This document shows, piece after piece, positions 27,598-35,809 of a DNA stretch of 64,000 nt. A program made the position numbers and the translations under genes. Source of the DNA: a bacterium (lineage in GTDB: Bacteria; Patescibacteriota; Minisyncoccia; Phycocordibacterales; UBA1006); the NCBI GenBank assembly GCA_037144045.1, contig JBAWXN010000004.1, positions 2,839-66,838 on the forward strand, given 5' to 3'. The number at the start of each line of letters is the position of its first letter. Position 1 is the first letter of the stretch. A model generated the notes under the pieces. The model was given only the letters and a program-made list of their open reading frames with translations. It was not told the origin of the DNA and did not search any database.

Positions 27598-28728
27598 TTA
27601 AATTTTTGATAACTCGAAATTATGATAACCTCGATTCCCGGTTACTTCCTTGCGTACATCAAGAAATTTTGGAACAGGGATAGAACCATGCATTTCAAGA
27701 ATTGGTGATACGTTCAGATTACGGAACACATCCACTTTGTAGTAGTGTCCGTTTGATGAAAAACAATAACGGTCTTTCACTAACGTGACGTGTTGTGAAT
27801 CCTTACGTGTAGCAATCATATCTCCATATTCGGCTTCTGAAAGCGTTCGCAGGATTTTAACACGACCACCACTTGCATGAGGTGTTTTCTCGGCCCATGA
27901 ATAGGAATAGGTCCCCATCCATTCACGTTCACGTACCCATTCTTCGGTAGTACCTCCTGTTACTAAGTACGTCTGCGTAATAGTAACTTTTTCGAACGGA
28001 TCACTCATGCGCACCTCATCAAACGAGTTGAGCAAAAACTTGCGTTCATGTTGAATCGGAAACGGTTCACCCAACATGTCGAACACGTATTGTGTAGCAA
28101 TTTGCATTTTGTCATCAAACAAGATGGGATTATTGTCTTCATCTCTATTTTTAACAGATCTGAGTTCCTCAACACCGAACCAAGCCTGAAACGAACGCGT
28201 ATTCAAAATGCGTGCTAATTCCTTACTTTCATCACGTTGATTATTGTTTTCATACGTAAAATATTCTTCCGCACCATCTGCTGCTGTAGTAAGGAATACC
28301 CCACCTTTGTATTCAGAACGAATTTGTTCTAGTGATAAACCCAAGGGTTCGAGTACTTTCTTTTGGAAATCTACTTGTTGATTATCTGAATTCATATACG
28401 CTGAACCCGACAATTTTGCACGGTCACAAATAAGTACTACACGTTTTTTAAACTTGGCTTGTAATTTACGCGCCAATACCATGTACTGGTCTTCATACTG
28501 CGCCTGCAGTTTAAAAATTAAGAGTTGATAATCAACATCTTCAAAATCCTTCGGATGTAATCCAGAAGCTTTAACAATAGTTGCCATTTCTGGAACCACG
28601 AGTGGAATAATGCCTCGCTCTATGAGTCGCGCTTTTACCATTTCAATACCTGTTGTTTTTCCAGAACAGATACCTCCATCAAAGAAAATCTTGTCGACCG
28701 GTTGGTCGCTGTTAAATTCATGTTGCAT
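27598..28728 (-). CDS. P-loop nucleoside/nucleotide kinase-like domain fused to a CYTH (triphosphate tunnel) domain
   Basis: N-terminal Walker A FFDGGICSGKTT and a Walker-B-like LICDRA; the C-terminal half has CYTH hallmarks (HERKFLL ExExK-type motif, later acidic/basic tunnel residues); start at MQHEF (28728), since a terminator for gmk lies at 28787-28806. Confidence 0.55.
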   Translation of the reverse strand: MQHEFNSDQPVDKIFFDGGICSGKTTGIEMVKARLIERGIIPLVVPEMATIVKASGLHPKDFEDVDYQLLIFKLQAQYEDQYMVLARKLQAKFKKRVVLICDRAKLSGSAYMNSDNQQVDFQKKVLEPLGLSLEQIRSEYKGGVFLTTAADGAEEYFTYENNNQRDESKELARILNTRSFQAWFGVEELRSVKNRDEDNNPILFDDKMQIATQYVFDMLGEPFPIQHERKFLLNSFDEVRMSDPFEKVTITQTYLVTGGTTEEWVREREWMGTYSYSWAEKTPHASGGRVKILRTLSEAEYGDMIATRKDSQHVTLVKDRYCFSSNGHYYKVDVFRNLNVSPILEMHGSIPVPKFLDVRKEVTGNRGYHNFELSKI

Positions 28729-28786
28729 ATACCATTGTTTTTTAAAGAACACTATGAAATTATCATTAAATAACTCATTTGTCAAA

Positions 28787-28806
28787 AAATAACCTTGCCC
28801 AGTGGG
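28787..28806 (-). terminator. rho-independent terminator after gmk
   Basis: Hairpin ccttgcccagtgggcaagg with a T-run on minus. Confidence 0.55.
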
Positions 28807-28830
28807 CAAGGTATGCAAGTATTACCATTT

Positions 28831-29433
28831 CTAATAGAACACCCTATTCAGAAACTCGTTCAGAGCAAATTCAAATTTACCTTGTTCGTTTCTGATGATA
28901 TTGTCAAAATGTACCATTTGGCTCAGTTCATATTCCATGCGTACAATTCGTTTTTGAATCTTCGCTTCGGAATCATTACGTTTACCTTGCTCAATATCTT
29001 TACGAATGCGGGCAATCATATCTTCTTTCCTCGAAGCAATATAGATCACTTTTACCGAAATACCTTCAAGGTCGATAAACCCTGACTGTTTTTTACCAAG
29101 GAATTTTAACGCACCATTCACATCGGCAACTGCTATTGCATGCTTTCTCTGTGATTGAATACGCTTGAGTTCCTCACGACTGAATCCATACCATCCATTT
29201 TCATACACTTCCTCTGCTTCAAAAAACTTATTTTGTTGCAGATGTTGCTGAAAGAGGGACGGTGTCAACCGGTAGTAGTCCCTACCTTCTTGTTCGGTAT
29301 CACGAAGCTCGCGATCGGTGGTAGTAATAAATTTAATCAGTTCATCAGAATGACTTCCGATACACGTATTGGAAATTTCAGTTTTACCAGCTCCTGATGG
29401 GCCGGTAACAATTACTAGGTCAGTTCTTGCCAT
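28831..29433 (-). CDS. gmk: guanylate kinase
   Basis: P-loop GPSGAGKT, TTTDRELRDTEQEGRDYY and EEVYENGWYG match the Gmk consensus; start at MARTDL. Confidence 0.8.
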   Translation of the reverse strand: MARTDLVIVTGPSGAGKTEISNTCIGSHSDELIKFITTTDRELRDTEQEGRDYYRLTPSLFQQHLQQNKFFEAEEVYENGWYGFSREELKRIQSQRKHAIAVADVNGALKFLGKKQSGFIDLEGISVKVIYIASRKEDMIARIRKDIEQGKRNDSEAKIQKRIVRMEYELSQMVHFDNIIRNEQGKFEFALNEFLNRVFY

Positions 29434-29500
29434 ATAAAGAATTTTCCATAAAGTACCACGACTGGAAATAAAGGTCAATCTGTGGTACCCTACCGACATT

Positions 29501-30562
29501 ATGAACATCCTTGCGATTGAAACGTCATGCGATGAAACGGCTATGTGCTATATCGAAGCTATACCGACTGAACTAGGTACTGATTTCATCGTGCATAAAA
29601 ATATCACCCACACGCAACTTGAACATAAAGAATACGGTGGCGTATTTCCTGCAATAGCAAAACGTGAACATCAAATTAACTTACCTATAATCCTTGAACA
29701 AGTAATGGCAGGCCATGATATCCCTGATTATATTTGCGTTACGAATGGTCCAGGACTCGAACCGGCATTGTGGTGTGGCATTGTATTTGCAAAAGAACTT
29801 GGACAAAAATGGAATATACCTGTAGTACCTGTAAATCATATGGAAGGACATATCTTGTCAGTACTCGTTCCCCCACTCCTTTCAGGAGAGGGGCTAGGAG
29901 TGAAATTTGCATTCAATAACACTATTATATTCCCTGCGCTTGCGCTTCTTATTTCTGGTGGACATACAGAACTCGTATTGGTAAAAGAAATTGGTGATTA
30001 TAAGATAGTAGGAAAAACACGCGATGACGCGGTTGGCGAAGCGTTTGATAAAGCCGCACGACTCATGGGACTTGATTATCCAGGCGGACCTGAAATTGCA
30101 CAACGTGCGGAACAATATTCCGACCAAGAAAAACCAGTATTCCCACGACCCATGCTTCATACTAAAGACTTCGATTTTTCTTTTTCAGGATTAAAAACTG
30201 CAGTACTTTATTATATTCAATCACTTGGTTCTACGACTACCGAAGAACAACGCATTGCTATTGCTTATGAATTCCAAGAAGCAGCCACTGAAGTGCTCGT
30301 AACTAAAACCAGAAAAGCTATGGATTATTTTGGTGCCCAATCCCTTATTGTTGCAGGAGGGGTATCTGCAAATAAGCGCATCATTAATGGATTACAAACT
30401 ATGACTACTCAGGAATTTCCAGGAACAAGCTTCCTCGCACCAGTTCGTGAACTTACTGGCGACAATTCCCTAATGATCGCACTCGCTGGATATTTTAAGA
30501 TACAAAAAAGCCCTGATACTGTATACACAGACATCAAGGCTCAAGGTAATCTTCAATTATAA
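29501..30562 (+). CDS. tsaD: tRNA N6-adenosine threonylcarbamoyltransferase TsaD
   Basis: 353 aa; MNILAIETSCDETA N-terminus, HMEGH metal-binding motif, Kae1/TsaD family. Confidence 0.9.
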   Translation: MNILAIETSCDETAMCYIEAIPTELGTDFIVHKNITHTQLEHKEYGGVFPAIAKREHQINLPIILEQVMAGHDIPDYICVTNGPGLEPALWCGIVFAKELGQKWNIPVVPVNHMEGHILSVLVPPLLSGEGLGVKFAFNNTIIFPALALLISGGHTELVLVKEIGDYKIVGKTRDDAVGEAFDKAARLMGLDYPGGPEIAQRAEQYSDQEKPVFPRPMLHTKDFDFSFSGLKTAVLYYIQSLGSTTTEEQRIAIAYEFQEAATEVLVTKTRKAMDYFGAQSLIVAGGVSANKRIINGLQTMTTQEFPGTSFLAPVRELTGDNSLMIALAGYFKIQKSPDTVYTDIKAQGNLQL

Positions 30563-30575
30563 ATTACTCACTGCT

Positions 30576-30599
30576 AACTCCTTCAGTAATGAAGGAGTT
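30576..30599 (+). terminator. rho-independent terminator after tsaD
   Basis: Hairpin aactccttcagtaatgaaggagtt followed by T-rich sequence. Confidence 0.55.
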
Positions 30600-30675
30600 A
30601 TTTAGTATATCTTGGAATAAAATGAGCTAGGAAAAACGAATAGGAACAGATGCACGATGTAATTTATCAGCATTA

Positions 30676-30810
30676 TTAATCATTCTCCTGTTTTTCGGTA
30701 TTTGCCTCATCAATGGTTTTTTTCTTAAAGAACAACCGAGGAATACTGATAATACAAAAAATAATAAGCGCAACCATGAATAGGCCACCAACGAAATAAT
30801 GCAAATACAT
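30676..30810 (-). CDS. possible 44 aa hydrophobic small protein
   Basis: ATG-initiated ORF MYLHYFVGGLFMVALIIFCIISIPRLFFKKKTIDEANTEKQEND in an otherwise empty 348 bp intergenic region; below the ORF-track cutoff. Confidence 0.2.
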   Translation of the reverse strand: MYLHYFVGGLFMVALIIFCIISIPRLFFKKKTIDEANTEKQEND

Positions 30811-30909
30811 ATCGAGTGATTTAATGAACAATAATTAGTCGCATAATATCACGTTTTACTCTTTTGTAAATATCTCCCCAAAAACCCTTTAAAATGGTAT
30901 AGTTTTTTC

Positions 30910-33105
30910 ATGAATACCGAGAACCGACACAATATCCCCGAGGAATTTTTACGTCCTTATAGTCCTACAGAAAGTGAACCTCTTGTTTATCAAACATGGG
31001 AAACATCTGGATTTTTTAATCCGGATATTTGTATTGAAAAAGGAGTTACTAAAGCTGATGCCGAACATTTTTCAATCGTACTTCCCCCACCAAACGTAAC
31101 AGGAACCTTGCATACTGGACACGCGCTCATGCTCGTAATCCAAGACATTATGGTGCGCTATCAACGCATGCTAGGTAAAAAAACTCTTTGGATTCCCGGA
31201 ACTGATCATGCGGCGATCGCTACTCAGTCTAAAGTAGAGAAACTTCTTGAAAAAGAAGGACTTAAAAAACACGACCTTGGCCGTGAAGCTTTTTTGAAGC
31301 GTGTAGAGCAGTTTGCCCAAGAATCACATGATACGATCGTGCATCAAACTAAAAAAATGGGAGCATCCCTTGATTGGTCACGCGAAGCGTATACTCTCGA
31401 TGATAAGCGCAACCTTGCCGTACGTACTGCATTTAAAAAAATGTATGACGATGGACTTATTTATCGTGGTCACAGAATCGTAAATTGGGACCCAAAAGGT
31501 CAGACAACTATTTCTGATGATGAGCTCGTATACCAAGAAGAAACTGTTAAATTTTACTATTTCAAATATGGACCATTCACGATTGGAACCGCGCGCCCGG
31601 AAACAAAGTTTGGTGACAAATACGTAGTAATGCATCCAGACGATGCTCGTTACGCACAATACAATCATGGTGATAAGTTAACTATTGAATGGATAAACGG
31701 TCCTCTTGAAGCTACCATTATCAAAGATTCAATGATTGATATGGAATTTGGAACCGGTGTTATGACTATTACTCCTTGGCACTCTAAGGAAGACTTTGAC
31801 TTAGCTGAAAAATACAATCTGGACAAAGAACAAATTATCGATCAATACGGAAAACTCCTTCCTATTGCAGGCGAATTTGCTGGAATGAAAATAAAAGACG
31901 CTCGAGAAAAAATCGTAGAAAAACTTCAATCAAAAGGCCTCGTAGAAAAAGTCGAAGAAAACTACAAACACAACATTGCAACCGCGGAACGAAGTGGTGG
32001 TATTATCGAACCACAAATAATGCATCAATGGTTTATTGATGTTAATAAACCCATTGCAGAACGAAATAATAAATCTCTTAAAGAGTTAATGCAAGATGCG
32101 GTGAATTCAAAAAATATCGAAATTATTCCTGATCGTTTTGAAAAAATATATTTCCATTGGATTAATAATCTAAAAGACTGGTGTATCTCTCGGCAGATCT
32201 GGTACGGTCACCAAATACCTGTTTGGTACAAAGGTGAAGAAACGTATGTTGGAATAGAGGCGCCTCTGGAAGAGGGCTGGGTACAAGATCCGGATACTCT
32301 CGATACGTGGTTCTCATCAGGATTATGGACATTTTCCACATTAGGATGGCCAGAACAAACAACCGACCTTGAAACCTATCATCCAACCTCAGTACTTGAA
32401 ACAGGTCATGACATTTTATTTTTTTGGATAGCTCGCATGATTCTTATGTCGACCTACGTCCTTGGTACTGTTCCGTTTAAAACCGTATACCTCCATGGAA
32501 TGGTACGCGCAGCCAACGGACAAAAAATGTCTAAATCTCTTGGAAATGCTGCAGCCGACCCACTCGATATTATTGCAAAATATGGAAACGATGCGTTGCG
32601 TATGGCTATGATTATTGGGAATACCCCAGGAAACGATTTAAAGCTCGATGAAAATAATATTCGTGGATACGGAAAGTTTGGTAACAAGATTTGGAACGCA
32701 ACACGATTTGTATTAGAAAGTATTGCACAAGCTGATTTCAGTGAACCCGTTGAACTCGATAGTGAAGATCAGCAATCTATGGATGAACTCAATGAATTAT
32801 TGAAAGTGGCTACTAAAGAAATGAACGAGTTTAAGTTTTCACTTGCTGGTGACAAACTCTATCATTATTTCTGGCACACCTTTGCAGATATTATTATCGA
32901 GCGATCAAAGAAAAAAATTACTGAAGGAATTAATGCGCCAAGTGCTCAACGACTTCTCTATTTGCAACACCTCACCTTGATTAAAGCACTCCATCCATTC
33001 ATGCCATTTGTAACTGAAAAAGTATGGGGCCTCCTTCCAAAAATTGGAAATGAGACAAACGACAATAAATTGCTTATAATAGAGTCATGGCCAACATCAG
33101 CCTAA
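30910..33105 (+). CDS. valS: valine--tRNA ligase (short form lacking the C-terminal coiled-coil extension)
   Basis: 731 aa; PPPNVTGTLHTGHAL (HIGH), WCISRQIWYGHQIP, KMSKSLGN. Confidence 0.9.
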   Translation: MNTENRHNIPEEFLRPYSPTESEPLVYQTWETSGFFNPDICIEKGVTKADAEHFSIVLPPPNVTGTLHTGHALMLVIQDIMVRYQRMLGKKTLWIPGTDHAAIATQSKVEKLLEKEGLKKHDLGREAFLKRVEQFAQESHDTIVHQTKKMGASLDWSREAYTLDDKRNLAVRTAFKKMYDDGLIYRGHRIVNWDPKGQTTISDDELVYQEETVKFYYFKYGPFTIGTARPETKFGDKYVVMHPDDARYAQYNHGDKLTIEWINGPLEATIIKDSMIDMEFGTGVMTITPWHSKEDFDLAEKYNLDKEQIIDQYGKLLPIAGEFAGMKIKDAREKIVEKLQSKGLVEKVEENYKHNIATAERSGGIIEPQIMHQWFIDVNKPIAERNNKSLKELMQDAVNSKNIEIIPDRFEKIYFHWINNLKDWCISRQIWYGHQIPVWYKGEETYVGIEAPLEEGWVQDPDTLDTWFSSGLWTFSTLGWPEQTTDLETYHPTSVLETGHDILFFWIARMILMSTYVLGTVPFKTVYLHGMVRAANGQKMSKSLGNAAADPLDIIAKYGNDALRMAMIIGNTPGNDLKLDENNIRGYGKFGNKIWNATRFVLESIAQADFSEPVELDSEDQQSMDELNELLKVATKEMNEFKFSLAGDKLYHYFWHTFADIIIERSKKKITEGINAPSAQRLLYLQHLTLIKALHPFMPFVTEKVWGLLPKIGNETNDNKLLIIESWPTSA

Positions 33106-33818
33106 CAACCATCTGCTACGCTGCCCTCGGTGGCATGGTACCCACATTTTTGTGGTTGTGGTTTTGGCTGACCGAAGAAGACGATCATGCTGAGCCGGTA
33201 GGACTTGTAGCACTCACATTCATAGGAGGAGCCATTGGAGTACTCATCCTCCTTCCTCTCAAGCCATTAGTTCAAAGTCTTTCAATGAGCCCCCAGCATG
33301 TGACCGTCCTCTACGCATTTCTTGAAGAATGCATTAAATATGGAATTGTATCATTAGTAGCATTTAATAGTGGTGCTATTACCCGAGCAACAGACTATAC
33401 TGTATTCCTCGTAACCGGAGCACTCGGATTCTCTGCACTTGAAAATACGCTGTACCTCATAAAACCAATTGCTGCCAATACTGATATTGGACTTATCCTT
33501 ATCACGGGTAATATGCGATTCCTAGGAGCTACAGTTCTTCACTCAATTTCTGTTGCTCTTATCGGTGTACTCATTGGATTAGGATACACAGGACTGAAAT
33601 CACTCAGAGCACTCTACACCATGATCGGACTTGTGCTTGCTACTGGTTTGCATACCGTCTTCAACTATTTTATAATGCAAGATACCAGACAGAGTACTAT
33701 CATTGCTATATCAGGAGTTTGGATTGTTGCCGTAATTGTAATCTTGCTCTTTGACCGATTACGATCACTTGAAGCAAACATTAAGGATAGTTACCAAAAC
33801 AATCAATTATCATCATAA
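33087..33818 (+). CDS. PrsW-like intramembrane metalloprotease family protein
   Basis: 243 aa multi-TM; EExxK (FLEECIKYG), FxxxEN (FSALENTLY) and conserved His motifs. Confidence 0.55.
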   Translation: MANISLTTICYAALGGMVPTFLWLWFWLTEEDDHAEPVGLVALTFIGGAIGVLILLPLKPLVQSLSMSPQHVTVLYAFLEECIKYGIVSLVAFNSGAITRATDYTVFLVTGALGFSALENTLYLIKPIAANTDIGLILITGNMRFLGATVLHSISVALIGVLIGLGYTGLKSLRALYTMIGLVLATGLHTVFNYFIMQDTRQSTIIAISGVWIVAVIVILLFDRLRSLEANIKDSYQNNQLSS

Positions 33819-33837
33819 TTTCTTTTACTATATATTT

Positions 33838-34356
33838 ATGCAACAAAAACGATCATTTTTCGAACGACTCACCGGAAGTATTCGCATGGAAGACGATGAA
33901 CCAGTCGTTATGAATCCTCCTGCACGAAAACCATCACTCTATCGTAACTACCCTACTGATACTTACGAATCAGATACTACCATTGATGAGTCTCTTGAAA
34001 TTGAAACTGAGGTTGAAGAATCTGAACCAGAAGAAGCTCAGCTTGCCGTAGATATTTATGAAACCAATGATGCAGTGATTGTTAAAACCATGACTGCAGG
34101 GGTAAAAAAGGAAGATCTTCAGATTCATGTAACTCGCGAGACCCTTACTATCCGTGGTCATCGCGAAAATGAAACTCGTGGATACCAGCACCATTACCAT
34201 AATGAAGAGCTTTACTGGGGACCTTTTACCCGCACGGTTAACCTCCCTGCTGAAGTAGATATCGAACAAGCGAGCGCTACTGAACACCATGGACTCGTTA
34301 CTATTAAACTTCCTAAGTTTGATAAGAAACGCCAAGCAACGCTTAAAATTCAATAA
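33838..34356 (+). CDS. Hsp20/alpha-crystallin family small heat shock protein
   Basis: Alpha-crystallin domain (AVDIYETNDAVIVKTMTAGVKKEDLQIHV...LTIRG....HGLVTIKLPK); start at MQQKRS (33838). Confidence 0.8.
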   Translation: MQQKRSFFERLTGSIRMEDDEPVVMNPPARKPSLYRNYPTDTYESDTTIDESLEIETEVEESEPEEAQLAVDIYETNDAVIVKTMTAGVKKEDLQIHVTRETLTIRGHRENETRGYQHHYHNEELYWGPFTRTVNLPAEVDIEQASATEHHGLVTIKLPKFDKKRQATLKIQ

Positions 34357-34364
34357 TAGAAAAA

Positions 34365-34383
34365 ATCCCTCACGGGATTTTTT
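34365..34383 (+). terminator. rho-independent terminator after the hsp20 gene
   Basis: Hairpin atccctcacgggat followed by a T-run. Confidence 0.55.
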
Positions 34384-34389
34384 CATGGG

Positions 34390-34462
34390 TGCCAAGGGGC
34401 GGGCTCGAACCGCCGACCCCATCCTCTTCAGGGATATGCTCTACCAACTGAGCTACCTTGGC
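34390..34462 (-). tRNA. tRNA-Phe (anticodon GAA)
   Basis: Reverse complement GCCAAGGTAGCTCAGTTGGTAGAGC...CTGAAGA...GGTTCGAGCCCGCC..CCTTGGCA; canonical cloverleaf with a TTCGAGC T-loop. Confidence 0.9.
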
Positions 34463-34523
34463 AAAACAGTGTTAAAACTGTTCCGCTAGTATACAGGATT
34501 ATAGTATTTTTTCAACCCCTGAT

Positions 34524-34787
34524 TTATTGATTGACTCGAGGTGTAACAAAGTCAACAACACTTCCAATTTGGTTGTTAATCGACGAAAATTGGTCCCGTA
34601 GGACTTGTAAATATGGAAATGCGTAATAGTATCCACCAATAGCCAAGACGATCAACACCGCCCAATAAAAAGCAGTCCAATTACGTCCCCATCGTTGTCG
34701 GCGATCAATCCTAATTAAGTAGTGATTATTTTCTTTCGCATATTTTAAATTTTCAAGTAATAAATATTCGAGTTCTTTTTCAGTCAT
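34524..34787 (-). CDS. small membrane protein, hypothetical
   Basis: 87 aa with one central TM helix; lies between two tRNA genes. Confidence 0.4.
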   Translation of the reverse strand: MTEKELEYLLLENLKYAKENNHYLIRIDRRQRWGRNWTAFYWAVLIVLAIGGYYYAFPYLQVLRDQFSSINNQIGSVVDFVTPRVNQ

Positions 34788-34823
34788 AGTACTATTCTAT
34801 CAGATCTATAAAACAATCCAAGG

Positions 34824-34895
34824 TGCCCCCACTAGGAATCGAACCTAGATCTTTTCCTTAGGACGGAACTGCTCTATCCATTGAGCTACAGGGGC
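34824..34895 (-). tRNA. tRNA-Arg (anticodon CCU)
   Basis: Reverse complement GCCCCTGTAGCTCAATGGATAGAGC..GTCCTAA..CTAGGTTCGATTCCTAGTGGGGGCA; canonical cloverleaf. Confidence 0.8.
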
Positions 34896-34910
34896 AATGT
34901 ATCAAATAAA

Positions 34911-34933
34911 AACACTCACATACCGTGAGTGTT
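34911..34933. terminator. bidirectional hairpin terminator
   Basis: aacactcacataccgtgagtgtt flanked by an A-run and a T-run. Confidence 0.5.
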
Positions 34934-34965
34934 TTTATCCTAGCATATTACGCAGGGTTTTTCAC

Positions 34966-35232
34966 CTACGCCGTAATACCTAATTTTTGTTCAAATAATG
35001 CCTGACTAAATCCAACAAGCACATCAGGGTGTTGATCTGGGTGATCAAGGTCGGTAATAACGGTAACCGGAACTCCCATTTGTCCTGTTAATTCAACGAT
35101 ATATTTTCGTTTTTCCATATCTGAAGCTACATCGTGATCAGTAAAGGCAATATTATGGCTAGTTAAATAACCCTTTTCCATATGGCAAAAATGACATGAT
35201 GGGGTTGAGTAAATATCAATTTTCTTATTCAT
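34966..35232 (-). CDS. glutaredoxin/NrdH-like redoxin
   Basis: CxxC active site in IYSTPSCHFCH, thioredoxin-fold pattern (GVPVTVI); start at MNKKIDIYS. Confidence 0.6.
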   Translation of the reverse strand: MNKKIDIYSTPSCHFCHMEKGYLTSHNIAFTDHDVASDMEKRKYIVELTGQMGVPVTVITDLDHPDQHPDVLVGFSQALFEQKLGITA

Positions 35233-35251
35233 AGACCAAGTATAGCACATT

Positions 35252-35632
35252 TTAAAATCCAAGAAACTGTTTAATTCGTACCCACCATGACGGGTTCACA
35301 GAAGGTGTTTTATTGCTTTGAGCTGCATCATCAACCACGATTACTAACTGTTCCCCGGGACGAATCACTCGATACCGATTACGTACTTCTGCCTCAAGCC
35401 CTCGATCGGTCGATAAATGAGTAATTTTATCTGCCAGTTCTTCCTGTTTCTCATTTAATGTATCCAGTTCGCTTTGAAACTGATTTCTGAGTGCGACCGC
35501 CTCCCTATTTTTTACATACATACGATATACCACAAACAATCCCCAACACAATACCACTACTAAAAATACCGCGAGTACGGGTGAATGGGTCCAGGACTTT
35601 TTTTTGTGGGCAATAAATGGTTTATGGTGCAT
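35252..35632 (-). CDS. FtsB/DivIC-like septum formation initiator
   Basis: 126 aa; N-terminal TM helix, coiled coil (LDTLNEKQEELADKITHL), VRNRYRVIRPGEQLVIV motif. Confidence 0.5.
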   Translation of the reverse strand: MHHKPFIAHKKKSWTHSPVLAVFLVVVLCWGLFVVYRMYVKNREAVALRNQFQSELDTLNEKQEELADKITHLSTDRGLEAEVRNRYRVIRPGEQLVIVVDDAAQSNKTPSVNPSWWVRIKQFLGF

Positions 35633-35786
35633 ACTCCTTTACTTTTTGGCTGTTTTTATTATACTACAGCGTATGAATATTTTCACGAGTAAACACCAAA
35701 AACGTATTAAATGGATTTGGGGCACATTAAGTATTATTGTTATTGCCTCAATGATTATCCTCTATTCTGGAATTACTAACTTCTAA
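35604..35786 (+). CDS. possible small membrane protein
   Basis: 60 aa two-TM ORF ending at the lepA terminator; partly overlaps the upstream minus-strand gene start, so uncertain. Confidence 0.25.
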   Translation: MWAINGLWCILLYFLAVFIILQRMNIFTSKHQKRIKWIWGTLSIIVIASMIILYSGITNF

Positions 35787-35789
35787 AAA

Positions 35790-35806
35790 ATCCCGCATGG
35801 CGGGAT
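35790..35806. terminator. bidirectional hairpin terminator after lepA
   Basis: atcccgcatggcgggat flanked by an A-run and a T-run. Confidence 0.55.
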
Positions 35807-35809
35807 TTT

